The notes under the pieces are model-generated. The model was given only the letters and a program-made list of their open reading frames with translations. It was not told where the DNA came from and did no database searches. Source: Propionibacteriales bacterium (GTDB lineage Bacteria > Actinomycetota > Actinomycetes > Propionibacteriales > Nocardioidaceae). Taken from it: DNA of 64,000 nucleotides. The stretch is from contig JBBQKY010000001.1 in NCBI GenBank assembly GCA_038327385.1, positions 4,218-68,217 on the forward strand. Direction: 5' to 3'. Numbering within the stretch: position 1 is the first letter of the stretch; each line of letters begins with the position of its first letter. Both the position numbers and the translations under genes were made by a program. Positions 8,589 through 17,090 of the stretch are shown here, piece after piece.

Positions 8589-9911
8589 GTGATCCTCGGC
8601 TGCAGCGCACTGCGCAGCACCGTCGCTCGCTTGCGTGTCATCGCCTTCGGCCTGGCCCTCCTGTTGTTGCCCACTGGTTGCAGCGGATCCGGTGGCCCGG
8701 CCGCAGTCAGTCCGACGCGGGCCGCTCAGCCACCCGGGAGTCTTGCCGGCGCGCCCCACCGCCAGCCGCCCCCGTCCAGTCCCGGCAACCAGGCAGCCAG
8801 CGCGTCCACACAGCTGAGCCACGCCAGCGCCGTGTTGGAGCGCCAAGTAGCGGCCCTGCGGCGCCGGGACCGAGCCGGCTTCCTCGCCGACTGGGCCGAT
8901 CGGTCAGCCGCACGGCAGCAGGCTGACGCCATCTTCAGCAACCTGCTAGCCCTCAGGGCGAGCGTCGTCGGCGCCAGTGTCGTCGCGGGAACGGCCCCGG
9001 AACAGGGATCGTCATGGAGCGCGGACGTCGATGTGCGCTGGCGGCTGACCGCCATGGACAGTGGATACAGCAGCTCTGCTCTCGTCTTTCGCTTCGCTGA
9101 GCAGGGCGGGAGAACGATGCTCACCTCCGTGTCCGCCGCCCCCCAGGCCAGGACCCCGATCTGGCTGCTGCCTGGCCTCGAGGTACGCCGTGGCCCCCGC
9201 ACGCTCGCGGCGGCCACGGGTGCAGCGTCGGCTGCCCGGGTGGGCCGCCTGCTCGGGACCGCCGTCAGGGCGGTCGAAGCGGTGCTTCCCGGGTGGCACG
9301 GGACACTGGTCGGCTATCTCCCCGACACCGGTGCGCAGTTCGCCGCACTCATCGCGGGCCACGAGCGGGAGTACGCCGGTATCGCTGCGGTCACCTCCAC
9401 CGTCGACGGCTCGAACCGAAGCGCCGCCCCGACGGCGATCGTCATGAACCCGGCGGTGTTCGGCACGCTCGGACCGGTCGGCGCGCGGGTCGTCGTGACA
9501 CACGAGGCAACCCATGTCGCCACGGGCGCCACGACGGTCGGCATGCCACTGTGGGTGGTCGAAGGCTTCGCGGACTATGTCGGGATCGCTGCCATGGGCG
9601 TGCCGCCGGCTGCCGCCGCCCGGGCTGCCCTGCGCGTCGTACGACGGGAGGGAGCGCCAGCCGCCCTTCCCGGTGACGGGGCATTCGCCGTCCGGGGAAG
9701 CGCGCTGGAGGCGACCTACGAGGAGGCGTGGCTGGCCTCCTGGCTCATCGCCCGCCGGTACGGCAGCGCGAGGCTGGTCGCCTTCTACCGCGCGGTGCAG
9801 ACGCGTCCCCGCGAGATCTCCACGGCGTTCTCGGGCGTTCTCCACACCTCACAGAGCGCCTTCACAGCTCGCTGGCGGGCCTACCTCGGGAAGCTTGCCC
9901 ATGCCGGATGA
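8589..9911 (+). CDS. Putative lipoprotein with an HExxH metallopeptidase-like motif
   Basis: 440 aa. The lipobox is LLLLPTGC|SGSGG. The motif VVVTHEATHVATG...WVVEGFADYVG resembles a peptidase MA-like fold. Confidence 0.55.
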   Translation: MILGCSALRSTVARLRVIAFGLALLLLPTGCSGSGGPAAVSPTRAAQPPGSLAGAPHRQPPPSSPGNQAASASTQLSHASAVLERQVAALRRRDRAGFLADWADRSAARQQADAIFSNLLALRASVVGASVVAGTAPEQGSSWSADVDVRWRLTAMDSGYSSSALVFRFAEQGGRTMLTSVSAAPQARTPIWLLPGLEVRRGPRTLAAATGAASAARVGRLLGTAVRAVEAVLPGWHGTLVGYLPDTGAQFAALIAGHEREYAGIAAVTSTVDGSNRSAAPTAIVMNPAVFGTLGPVGARVVVTHEATHVATGATTVGMPLWVVEGFADYVGIAAMGVPPAAAARAALRVVRREGAPAALPGDGAFAVRGSALEATYEEAWLASWLIARRYGSARLVAFYRAVQTRPREISTAFSGVLHTSQSAFTARWRAYLGKLAHAG

Positions 9912-9956
9912 GCGCCAGGGGGGGCGGGTCGGCGCGGCTCGCCCGGGCGCGCCCTC

Positions 9957-11138
9957 GTGACGGCGGGCGCCAAGACTCTCGTGGTGACCAACGACTTCCC
10001 GCCGAGTCGTGGCGGGATCGAGTCGTTCGTCCTCTCTCTGTGCGACAGCCTCCCGAGCGACCGCCTGGTCGTCTACACATCCCGGATGCGTGGCGCCGAG
10101 CAGGTCGACCGCACGCTTGCGTACCCGGTGGTCCGCGACCGGAGCCCGGTTCTGCTTCCGACCCGGAGCGTGGCCCGGTCCGTCCAGCGGGTTGCGGCTC
10201 GCGAGGGGTGCGACCGCGTCCTGTTCGGCGCGGCAGCGCCGCTGGGGCTGCTTGCCCGTGGTCTGCGCACGGTGGGTGTGCGCCGGATCGTGGCGCTGAC
10301 GCACGGACACGAGGTGTGGTGGTCCACAGTGCCGGGAGCCCGGGCGCTGCTGAGGCGGATAGCCGGCGACGTCGACGTCCTGACGTACGTGAGCGAGTTC
10401 TGCCGCGCCGCGATCGCCGCGGCGCTGCCACCGGAGGGCGCCGGCGCCATGAGGCGGCTCTCGCCCGGAGTCGACACCGAGGTGTTCCGTCCGGATGTGG
10501 ACGGCGCGCTGCTGAGAAGGCGGCTGGGCATCGCCGAGAGCCAGCAGGTGGTGCTCGCGGCGTCGCGACTGGTCCTCCGCAAGGGCCACGACGTCCTCCT
10601 GGCTGGATGGCCGCGGGTGCTCGCCGCTCACCCCGACGCCGTGCTGCTGGTGGTCGGTGACGGGCCGGCGCGCGCCCGTCTCGAACGATCGGCGGCCCGG
10701 CCGGCCGTGGCCGGCTCCATCCGTTTCCTGCGGGACACTCCGTTGGCCGACATGCCGCTCGTGTACGCCGCTGCCGACGTGTTCGCCATCCCTTGCCGCA
10801 CCCGGCTGGGGGGGCTCGAGCCGGAGGCGCTCGGCATCGTCTTCCTGGAGGCCGCCGCGACCGGACTCCCGGTCGTCGTCGGAGCCTCCGGAGGAGCGCC
10901 CGAGACCGTGATCGACGGCGAGACTGGGTTCGTCGTCGATCCGCGCAGTTGCGACGAAGTGGCTACGGCCATCTGCAGACTGCTTGCCGATCCCGAGCGA
11001 GGAGTGGCCATGGGCAGGCGCGGCCGGGCCTTCGTCAGGCAGGCATACTCCGCTGCCGATGCCGGCAGGAGGCTGCGACACCTGCTCGAGATCGAGAGCC
11101 AGAATGACGAGCGGGGCGCCGCGCCGGCTCAGAGGTAG
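9957..11138 (+). CDS. pimB: GT4 glycosyltransferase, PimB'-like phosphatidylinositol mannoside mannosyltransferase
   Basis: 393 aa. The N-terminus TLVVTNDFPPSRGGIESFV closely resembles mycobacterial PimB'. The C-terminal EPEALGIVFLEAAATGLPVV is the GT4 E-x7-E region. Synteny with the fadD15-like gene supports the call. Confidence 0.75.
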   Translation: MTAGAKTLVVTNDFPPSRGGIESFVLSLCDSLPSDRLVVYTSRMRGAEQVDRTLAYPVVRDRSPVLLPTRSVARSVQRVAAREGCDRVLFGAAAPLGLLARGLRTVGVRRIVALTHGHEVWWSTVPGARALLRRIAGDVDVLTYVSEFCRAAIAAALPPEGAGAMRRLSPGVDTEVFRPDVDGALLRRRLGIAESQQVVLAASRLVLRKGHDVLLAGWPRVLAAHPDAVLLVVGDGPARARLERSAARPAVAGSIRFLRDTPLADMPLVYAAADVFAIPCRTRLGGLEPEALGIVFLEAAATGLPVVVGASGGAPETVIDGETGFVVDPRSCDEVATAICRLLADPERGVAMGRRGRAFVRQAYSAADAGRRLRHLLEIESQNDERGAAPAQR

Positions 11139-12913
11139 AGGGCGTCGACCTCGTCGGCGAACTTCGCCAGCACCACGTCGCGACGGAGCTTCAGCGTCGG
11201 CGTGAGCTCGCCCGTCACCTCGCTCCAGTCCGTGGTCAGGATCGCGAACGTGCGGATGGCCTCGGCCCGCGACACCGAGGCATTCGCCTCGTCGACTGCG
11301 CTCTGCACCTCGGCCAGCATGTCCGGGTCATGCACGAGGTCGGCGATCTCGACGGCCTTGCGACGAGACTGCAGCCATGCTGGAAGGGCGTCGCGGTCGA
11401 GTGTCACCAGCGCGGCAACGAACGGCCTGCCGTCCCCGACCACGATGCACTGGCTCACCAACGGATGGGCTCGCACGCGGTCCTCGAGAACGGACGCGGC
11501 CACGTTCTTGCCCCCGGCAGTCACGAGAATGTCTCTCTTACGACCGGTGATCCAGACGAAGCCGTCGTCGTCCACTTCCCCGAGGTCTCCCGTCCGCAGC
11601 CACCCGTCGACCAGACACTCGGCGGTTGCCGGCTCGTTGTGCCAGTAGCCGCCGAACACCTGGTCCCCGCGGAACACCAGCTCGCCGTCGTCGGCCACCC
11701 GCACGGTGGTGCCGGGCAGCGGACGGCCGACACTGCCAACGCGCTGCGCGTCGGGCAGGTTGACGGTGAGGGCGGCGGTCGTCTCGCTGAGTCCGTAGCC
11801 CTCCAGCACCGCGATGCCGACGCCCCGGTAGAAGTGCGTGAGCCGGTCTCCGAGCGGGGCGCCACCGGAGACCGCGAACCGGATGCGCCCGCCCAGCGCC
11901 GCGCGCAGCTTGGCGTACACCAGCCTGTCGAACGCCGCGTGACGCGCGCGGAGCAACACCCCCGGCCCGCCGCCGTCGCAGGCGCGGCTGTACGCCCCGG
12001 CCGTGACGGCGGCAGCCTCGAAAAGGCGCGCCCTGCCGTTGGAAGCGGCGCGCCGGCTGGCCGTGTCGAACACCTTCTCGAAGACGCGGGGAACAGCGAG
12101 GACGAACGACGGGCGGAAGCCCTCGAGGTCCTCGAGCAGGTTCTTGATCTCAGCCGTGTGACCGACCCGGACCCGGGCCCGGACACAACCCACCGAGATG
12201 ATGCGCGCGAAGACGTGCGCCATCGGCAGGAAGAGCAGCGTGCTCGCCTCCTCGCCGTCGAAGAGCCCCGGCAGCAGCGTCGTCGCGACCCCGAGCTCGA
12301 ACATGAAGTTGCCGTGCGTGAGGGCGCAACCCCTGGGTTGCCCCGTCGTCCCGGAGGTGTAGACCAAGGTGGCCAGGCTGCCGGGCGTCGCCGCTGCCCT
12401 CCGGTCCTCGAGCCCAGCGTCGCTCAGGCCCGACCCAGCCCGCGCGAGCGCCGCGAGACCGCCGCCGTCGAGGCAGACGACCCGGCGCAGCTCAGGCAGG
12501 CCGGGCCGGACCTCCTCGACCCGGGCCGCGTGCTCGGCAGTCTCGGCGACCACCAGAACCGCCCCGGAGTCGGCCAGCAGCCAGCTGATCTGCTCCGTCG
12601 CTGACGTCTCGTAGATGGGCACCGACACCGCACCCGCGAACCACACCGCGTAGTCGAGAACCGTCCACTCGTAGCGGGTGCTCGAGATCAGCGCCACTCG
12701 CTCACCCCTGCCGACGCCGACGCCGACGAGACCCTTCGCAGCCGCGGTCACGTCAACAAGGAACTCGGCCCAGGTCACGTCGCACCACTCGCCACCGACC
12801 CGGCGGCTGAAGGCCACCACATCGCCGTACCTAGCGGCATTGAGCACGACATCGTCCGTCAGGTTCCCGGCCGCGGGCAGCACGAAGGTCGAGGATGCCG
12901 CGTACTCGCGCAC
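11129..12913 (-). CDS. fadD: Long-chain fatty-acid--CoA ligase (AMP-dependent synthetase), FadD15-like
   Basis: 594 aa from GTG 12913, with GGAGGG 3 nt upstream. LVYTSGTTGQPRGC is the AMP-binding motif. GYGLSETT and TGDLGEVDDDGFVWITGRKRD are also present. Confidence 0.85.
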   Translation of the reverse strand: MREYAASSTFVLPAAGNLTDDVVLNAARYGDVVAFSRRVGGEWCDVTWAEFLVDVTAAAKGLVGVGVGRGERVALISSTRYEWTVLDYAVWFAGAVSVPIYETSATEQISWLLADSGAVLVVAETAEHAARVEEVRPGLPELRRVVCLDGGGLAALARAGSGLSDAGLEDRRAAATPGSLATLVYTSGTTGQPRGCALTHGNFMFELGVATTLLPGLFDGEEASTLLFLPMAHVFARIISVGCVRARVRVGHTAEIKNLLEDLEGFRPSFVLAVPRVFEKVFDTASRRAASNGRARLFEAAAVTAGAYSRACDGGGPGVLLRARHAAFDRLVYAKLRAALGGRIRFAVSGGAPLGDRLTHFYRGVGIAVLEGYGLSETTAALTVNLPDAQRVGSVGRPLPGTTVRVADDGELVFRGDQVFGGYWHNEPATAECLVDGWLRTGDLGEVDDDGFVWITGRKRDILVTAGGKNVAASVLEDRVRAHPLVSQCIVVGDGRPFVAALVTLDRDALPAWLQSRRKAVEIADLVHDPDMLAEVQSAVDEANASVSRAEAIRTFAILTTDWSEVTGELTPTLKLRRDVVLAKFADEVDALYL

Positions 12914-12998
12914 GAGCCCTCCGTTGTGCCGCCGGACCGGTCTCGTGCAGGCTATCGCCGAGCGGGTCAGGGTGTGCAACGCGCGAAGGGGTGAGCCG

Positions 12999-13520
12999 GT
13001 GCCGCTTGTCGACGTCATCGAGGAGCTCTTCGTCGTGGCGGCACCGGAGCGAGTCCGCTGCGTCGTCTGCGACGAGACCGGTTGGCGCGCGTGTTTTCCG
13101 GGCGTCGCCCTCACGCCGTACGACGACAGGGGTCGGCTGGGCATCCGTTGGGCCGTCTCCGGCGAGCTCGAGGGCACCGCCGAGGTGTGGCTGGAGGAGC
13201 ATGGCGACGGCACGATCGTGCATGCCTATCTGCGGGCGGACCCGGCCCGGGGCGACCCGCGCCGACTCGGCCGATCGCGGCGTCGGACAGTGCAGCGTTA
13301 CGCGCTGCCCCTGAAGCAGTACCTGCTCGACGTGAAGGACCTGCTCGAGGGGGACCGACCGCTCGGAACGGCACTCGTGCCGCTGCACGAGCGGGTATCC
13401 TCAGCCTCTCAGGAAAAGCAGGGCACCCGGCGACATCGCCAGCGGCCGACCGGCACGAGCAGCGAAGGGGCAGCGCCCGATGGCAGACCAGACGACCTCG
13501 AGCATCGTGATCGAGGCTGA
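12999..13520 (+). CDS. SRPBCC-like (polyketide cyclase/START fold) hypothetical protein
   Basis: 173 aa from GTG 12999, with GAAGGGG 7 nt upstream. It begins PLVDVIEELFVVAAPERVRCVVCDETGW, typical of SRPBCC N-termini. In-frame alternatives are 12945 and 12972. The tail overlaps the next gene by 41 nt. Confidence 0.45.
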   Translation: MPLVDVIEELFVVAAPERVRCVVCDETGWRACFPGVALTPYDDRGRLGIRWAVSGELEGTAEVWLEEHGDGTIVHAYLRADPARGDPRRLGRSRRRTVQRYALPLKQYLLDVKDLLEGDRPLGTALVPLHERVSSASQEKQGTRRHRQRPTGTSSEGAAPDGRPDDLEHRDRG

Positions 13521-13917
13521 CCCGGCCAGCGTCATGGCAGTCATCGCCGACTTCGAGAGCTACCCCGTATGGGCCAAGGGCGTGAAGTCGACAGCGGTGT
13601 TGAGCACACTCGAGGACGGCCGGGCGCGCGAGGTGGAGTTCGTGCTGGACGCGGCGCCCATCAAGGACGAGTACACGCTGAGCTACCAGTGGGAGGGCGA
13701 CAAGCAGGTCACCTGGTCCCTCGTCAGGGCCAAGATGTTGAAGGCCATGGAGGGCGCCTACATCCTCAGTGCGGGAGTCGGCGCGACCCAGGTGACGTAC
13801 CAGCTCAGCGTCGACCTGAGCATCCCGATGATCGGGATGCTCAGGCGCAAGGGTGAGCGGGTCGTCATCGACACGGCTCTCGAGGGGCTCAAACGGCGCG
13901 TCGAGTCCCTGGCCTGA
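13480..13917 (+). CDS. SRPBCC family protein (TB16.3 / Rv2185c-like)
   Basis: 145 aa. SIVIEADPASVMAVIADFESYPVWAKGVKS...YTLSYQWEGDKQVTWSLV matches the polyketide_cyc2-type fold pattern. Confidence 0.7.
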   Translation: MADQTTSSIVIEADPASVMAVIADFESYPVWAKGVKSTAVLSTLEDGRAREVEFVLDAAPIKDEYTLSYQWEGDKQVTWSLVRAKMLKAMEGAYILSAGVGATQVTYQLSVDLSIPMIGMLRRKGERVVIDTALEGLKRRVESLA

Positions 13918-13926
13918 GTGCCAGGG

Positions 13927-15126
13927 ATGCGAGTTCTCCTCTTCACCGGCAAAGGTGGCGTCGGCAAGACAACGGCGGCCGCCGGTACGGCGACCCTCGG
14001 GGCACTTCGGGGGCACCGCACGCTGGTGCTCAGCACGGACGCCGCGCAGTCTCTCGGTGATGCCTTCGACCTCCCCGTTGGCCCCGAGCCGACGCGCATC
14101 GACACAAACCTGTACGTCCAGCAGGTCGACGTGCAACAGCGGTTCGAGCGGTCCTGGGGCGAGATCCAGTCCTACCTGCTGTCCGTGCTGCAGACCACGG
14201 GCATGGACCGGATCGCGGCCGAGGAGCTGACCGTCCTTCCCGGCGCCGAGGAGGTCCTGGCGCTGCTCGAGGTCCGCGACCAGGCGCGGGCGGGTACCTG
14301 GGACCTGCTCGTCGTCGACTGTGCACCGACGGCAGAGACACTTCGGCTGCTCGCCCTGCCAGCGGCGCTCGGCTGGTACCTGGACCGGATGCTTCCGACG
14401 GAACGGGCGATGGTCAAGGTCCTCAATCCCATGCTCACCCGGGCCGCCGGAGTACCTATGCCCTCGGACTCGGTCTTCGACGCGGTCAAGCGGCTGCACG
14501 GTGACCTCGCCGAGGTGCGAGCGCTGCTGACCGGCCCTGCGACCTCGGTGCGCCTCGTGCTGACCCCGGAAGCCGTCGTCGTTGCGGAGGCGCGGCGGTC
14601 GCTGACAACCCTGTCGCTGTACGGCTACCAGGTCGACGGGGTGATCGCCAACCGGATCTTCCCAGCCGCCGACGCCGATGCCTGGCGGCGCCAGTGGGTC
14701 GCTGCACAGTCGCAGATCCTCGCCGAGGTCGAGACCTCCTTCGCTCCGCTCGACGTCTGGAGGTCGCCGTACCGTTCCTGCGAGCCGGTGGGCCTGAGCG
14801 AGCTCGCCGCGTTCGCCGCCCAGCTGTACGGCACCGATGACCCCTTCCGTCGGGCAGCCGGCGAAGATCTCATGGATGTACGACGGGTCGGCGGCCACGT
14901 CGAGCTGAGCGTCGCGCTGCCGTTCACGGATGCCGGTGACATCGACCTGTCGCGCCGAGGGGACGAGCTGGTGATGACGGTGGGCTGTCACCGACGCCTG
15001 CTCGCCCTCCCGGCTGCGCTGCAGAATGCGCGAGTGCGCGGCGCCGCGATGCGAGCCGGCTCCTTGGTCGTGACGTTCGAGCCGGCCACCGGGGCCAAGC
15101 GAAAGGGTTCCGATGCCGAGCGCTGA
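13927..15126 (+). CDS. ArsA/GET3-family P-loop ATPase (Rv2184c-like)
   Basis: MRVLLFTGKGGVGKTTAAAGTA is a deviant Walker A. LVLSTDAAQSLGDAF and LVVDCAPTAETLRLL are also present. GTG 13918 is an alternative start. Confidence 0.8.
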   Translation: MRVLLFTGKGGVGKTTAAAGTATLGALRGHRTLVLSTDAAQSLGDAFDLPVGPEPTRIDTNLYVQQVDVQQRFERSWGEIQSYLLSVLQTTGMDRIAAEELTVLPGAEEVLALLEVRDQARAGTWDLLVVDCAPTAETLRLLALPAALGWYLDRMLPTERAMVKVLNPMLTRAAGVPMPSDSVFDAVKRLHGDLAEVRALLTGPATSVRLVLTPEAVVVAEARRSLTTLSLYGYQVDGVIANRIFPAADADAWRRQWVAAQSQILAEVETSFAPLDVWRSPYRSCEPVGLSELAAFAAQLYGTDDPFRRAAGEDLMDVRRVGGHVELSVALPFTDAGDIDLSRRGDELVMTVGCHRRLLALPAALQNARVRGAAMRAGSLVVTFEPATGAKRKGSDAER

Positions 15127-15409
15127 GCCGGTGGGGACGCTCGCCGAGGAGGCGGCAAAGCTCCTCGCGGTGTTCCAGGCACGGGCCAGCGGCGCCGACG
15201 ACCATGTCGATGATGCTGGCGATCTGTGCGACGGGTGTCCGCTCTGCCGGCTGCGGACGGCTGTCCGGGCCGTCAGCCCTGAGGTTCGCCAGCACCTCTC
15301 AGAGGCGGCAACATCGGTCGTGCTGGCGATGAAGGGTCTCCTCGACGACCCGGGGGCGGCCAACCGTCGCGCCGCTCCGTTCGAGAAGATCGATCTCACA
15401 GAGGAGTGA
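15113..15409 (+). CDS. Small conserved Cys-motif protein translationally coupled to the ArsA-like ATPase
   Basis: 98 aa. Its ATG overlaps the upstream gene end by 14 nt. The motif is DLCDGCPLCRL (CxxCxxC). It resembles what I recall as DUF5304, which is unverified. Confidence 0.55.
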   Translation: MPSAEPVGTLAEEAAKLLAVFQARASGADDHVDDAGDLCDGCPLCRLRTAVRAVSPEVRQHLSEAATSVVLAMKGLLDDPGAANRRAAPFEKIDLTEE

Positions 15410-15412
15410 CAG

Positions 15413-16357
15413 GTGACCTTGACCATAGGCGTCGACATCGGCGGCACCAAGATCGCGGCGGGCGTCGTCAACGCGGACGGGTCGATCGTCGAGACCCAGC
15501 GACGAGAGACACCTGCGCATGCGGCGCGCGCTACCGAGGATGCGGTGATCGCGCTGGTCGCGGAGTTCCGACAGCGCCACGAGATCGAGGCCGTCGGCAT
15601 CGCAGCAGCCGGCTACATCGACGCGCAGCGTTCCACGGTGCTGTTCGCCGCGAACCTCGCCTGGCGGGACGAGCCGCTGAAGGCGACGGTCGAGAACGCC
15701 GTCAAGCTGCCCACCGTCGTCGAGAACGACGCCAACGCCGCAGCCTGGGGCGAGTTCCGCTTCGGCGCCGGAGCCGACGTCGACGAGCTTCTGATGGTCG
15801 CCCTCGGCACCGGTATCGGCGGGGGCATCGTGCTCAACGGCCAGCTGTTCCGCGGCACTTTCGGGATCGCCGCCGAGTTCGGTCACGTCCGGGCGGTGCC
15901 GGACGGCCGCCTCTGCGGCTGCGGTAACCGTGGCTGCTGGGAGCAGTACGCAAGCGGTTCGGCCTTGGTCCACGAGGTGAAGGAGGTGGCCGCGAAGGGG
16001 TCACCGCGGGCCGGCGCAATCCTGGACGCGGCAGCGGGTGACCCGGACGCGATCACCGGCCCGATGATCACCGCAGCAGCCAAGGCCGGTGACCGCCTGT
16101 CCATCGAGGCGTTCCAGACCGTCGGAAGGTGGCTGGGCCAGGGCCTCGCGGACCTGGCGAGCGCTTTCGACCCCGGAGTGGTGGTCATCGGCGGCGGCGT
16201 CTCGGAGGCGGGGGACCTGCTCATCGACCCGACCCGGGAGGCGTTTCGCCGTCAGCTGTCCGGACGTGGTCACCGGCCGGAGCTGGAGATCCGGCTCGCG
16301 GCCCTCGGCAACGCCGCTGGTGTGACCGGCGTAGCCGACCTCGCCCGGCAGCGCTGA
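15413..16357 (+). CDS. glk: ROK family glucokinase
   Basis: 314 aa. IGVDIGGTKIAAGVV is the ATP-binding motif. GRLCGCGNRGCWEQYASGSAL is the ROK zinc motif. GAGGAG lies upstream of GTG 15413. Confidence 0.85.
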   Translation: MTLTIGVDIGGTKIAAGVVNADGSIVETQRRETPAHAARATEDAVIALVAEFRQRHEIEAVGIAAAGYIDAQRSTVLFAANLAWRDEPLKATVENAVKLPTVVENDANAAAWGEFRFGAGADVDELLMVALGTGIGGGIVLNGQLFRGTFGIAAEFGHVRAVPDGRLCGCGNRGCWEQYASGSALVHEVKEVAAKGSPRAGAILDAAAGDPDAITGPMITAAAKAGDRLSIEAFQTVGRWLGQGLADLASAFDPGVVVIGGGVSEAGDLLIDPTREAFRRQLSGRGHRPELEIRLAALGNAAGVTGVADLARQR

Positions 16358-16386
16358 CGGCCAGCCGGGCGAGCTCGCAGGGTCCG

Positions 16387-17061
16387 ATGGCAGCCGTCAC
16401 GGTCGTCAGCTACAACATCTACGGTGCGCGCTACCGATCGCAGCTTCGGGCCGCCGTCGTGGCGCTAGCTCCCGATGTGCTCGTTGTGAACGAGACTCCG
16501 AAGGTTCCGCTGATCTGGCGGTGGCAGTGCGACAGGCTGGCGCGCTCCTGGGGGCTGCGTCGCGCGGCCGGCGGACGGGATGCGGGCAGCAACATGGTCT
16601 GCGTCTCGTCCCGGATCGAGGTGCGGGCAAGCAGCGCCCGCCGGCTGCCCCAGCCCCGATTCAAGCCCCGCCGGGGGATCGTGACCGTGCAGTGCTCGGT
16701 GGGCGGTGTGGAGTTCGCCGTGGTGGGCGTTCACCTGTCGCTGCTGAGAAAGTCCCGCCCGGCTGAGGCGGCGGAGGCCATCGCCGACGGGGCAGCACTT
16801 CGCGGTCCGCTGCTGCTCTGCGGAGACTTCAACGAAGGTCCTGGCAAGCCTGCCTGGCAGGCGTTCCGCGACGTCAGCCTGGTCGACCACGCTCAGCCCG
16901 CGGCGTTCACGTCTACAGCGAGGAATCCGACGAGTCGGATCGACGGGCTGCTGGTCCGCGGTGTGCGGGTCCTCGAGCACGTCGTACCGGACCTCCCGCA
17001 CGGTGTGCTTCGCGAGGCCAGCGACCATCTGCCAGTGCTGGCTCGAGTCGTGATCGGCTGA
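16387..17061 (+). CDS. Endonuclease/exonuclease/phosphatase (EEP) family protein
   Basis: 224 aa from ATG 16387. VVSYNIYGA...VLVVNET...LLLCGDFNEGP...SDHLPVLARV carries EEP motifs. The upstream part of the long ORF overlaps glk out of frame. Confidence 0.7.
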   Translation: MAAVTVVSYNIYGARYRSQLRAAVVALAPDVLVVNETPKVPLIWRWQCDRLARSWGLRRAAGGRDAGSNMVCVSSRIEVRASSARRLPQPRFKPRRGIVTVQCSVGGVEFAVVGVHLSLLRKSRPAEAAEAIADGAALRGPLLLCGDFNEGPGKPAWQAFRDVSLVDHAQPAAFTSTARNPTSRIDGLLVRGVRVLEHVVPDLPHGVLREASDHLPVLARVVIG

Positions 17062-17066
17062 CGGCC

Positions 17067-17090
17067 GACGCACCGGCCCCTCGGTGCGTC
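17067..17090. terminator. Hairpin between convergent genes, a possible bidirectional terminator
   Basis: GACGCACCG (17067-17075) pairs perfectly with CGGTGCGTC (17082-17090) around the loop GCCCCT. The hairpin overlaps the stop codon of the minus-strand gene. There is no U-tract. Confidence 0.4.

Noticed and set aside
13111-15600. Very long antisense ORFs. Examples are 13111-15600(-) at 829 aa, 6556-8610(-), 35594-38053(-), 47231-49165(-), 53823-56132(-), 56357-58555(-), 332-1375(-) and 9849-11081(-).
   Set aside because: They lie opposite genes with unambiguous family signatures. They are Arg/Pro/Gly/Ala-rich with no recognisable motifs. Stop-codon depletion in high-GC DNA is expected to produce them.
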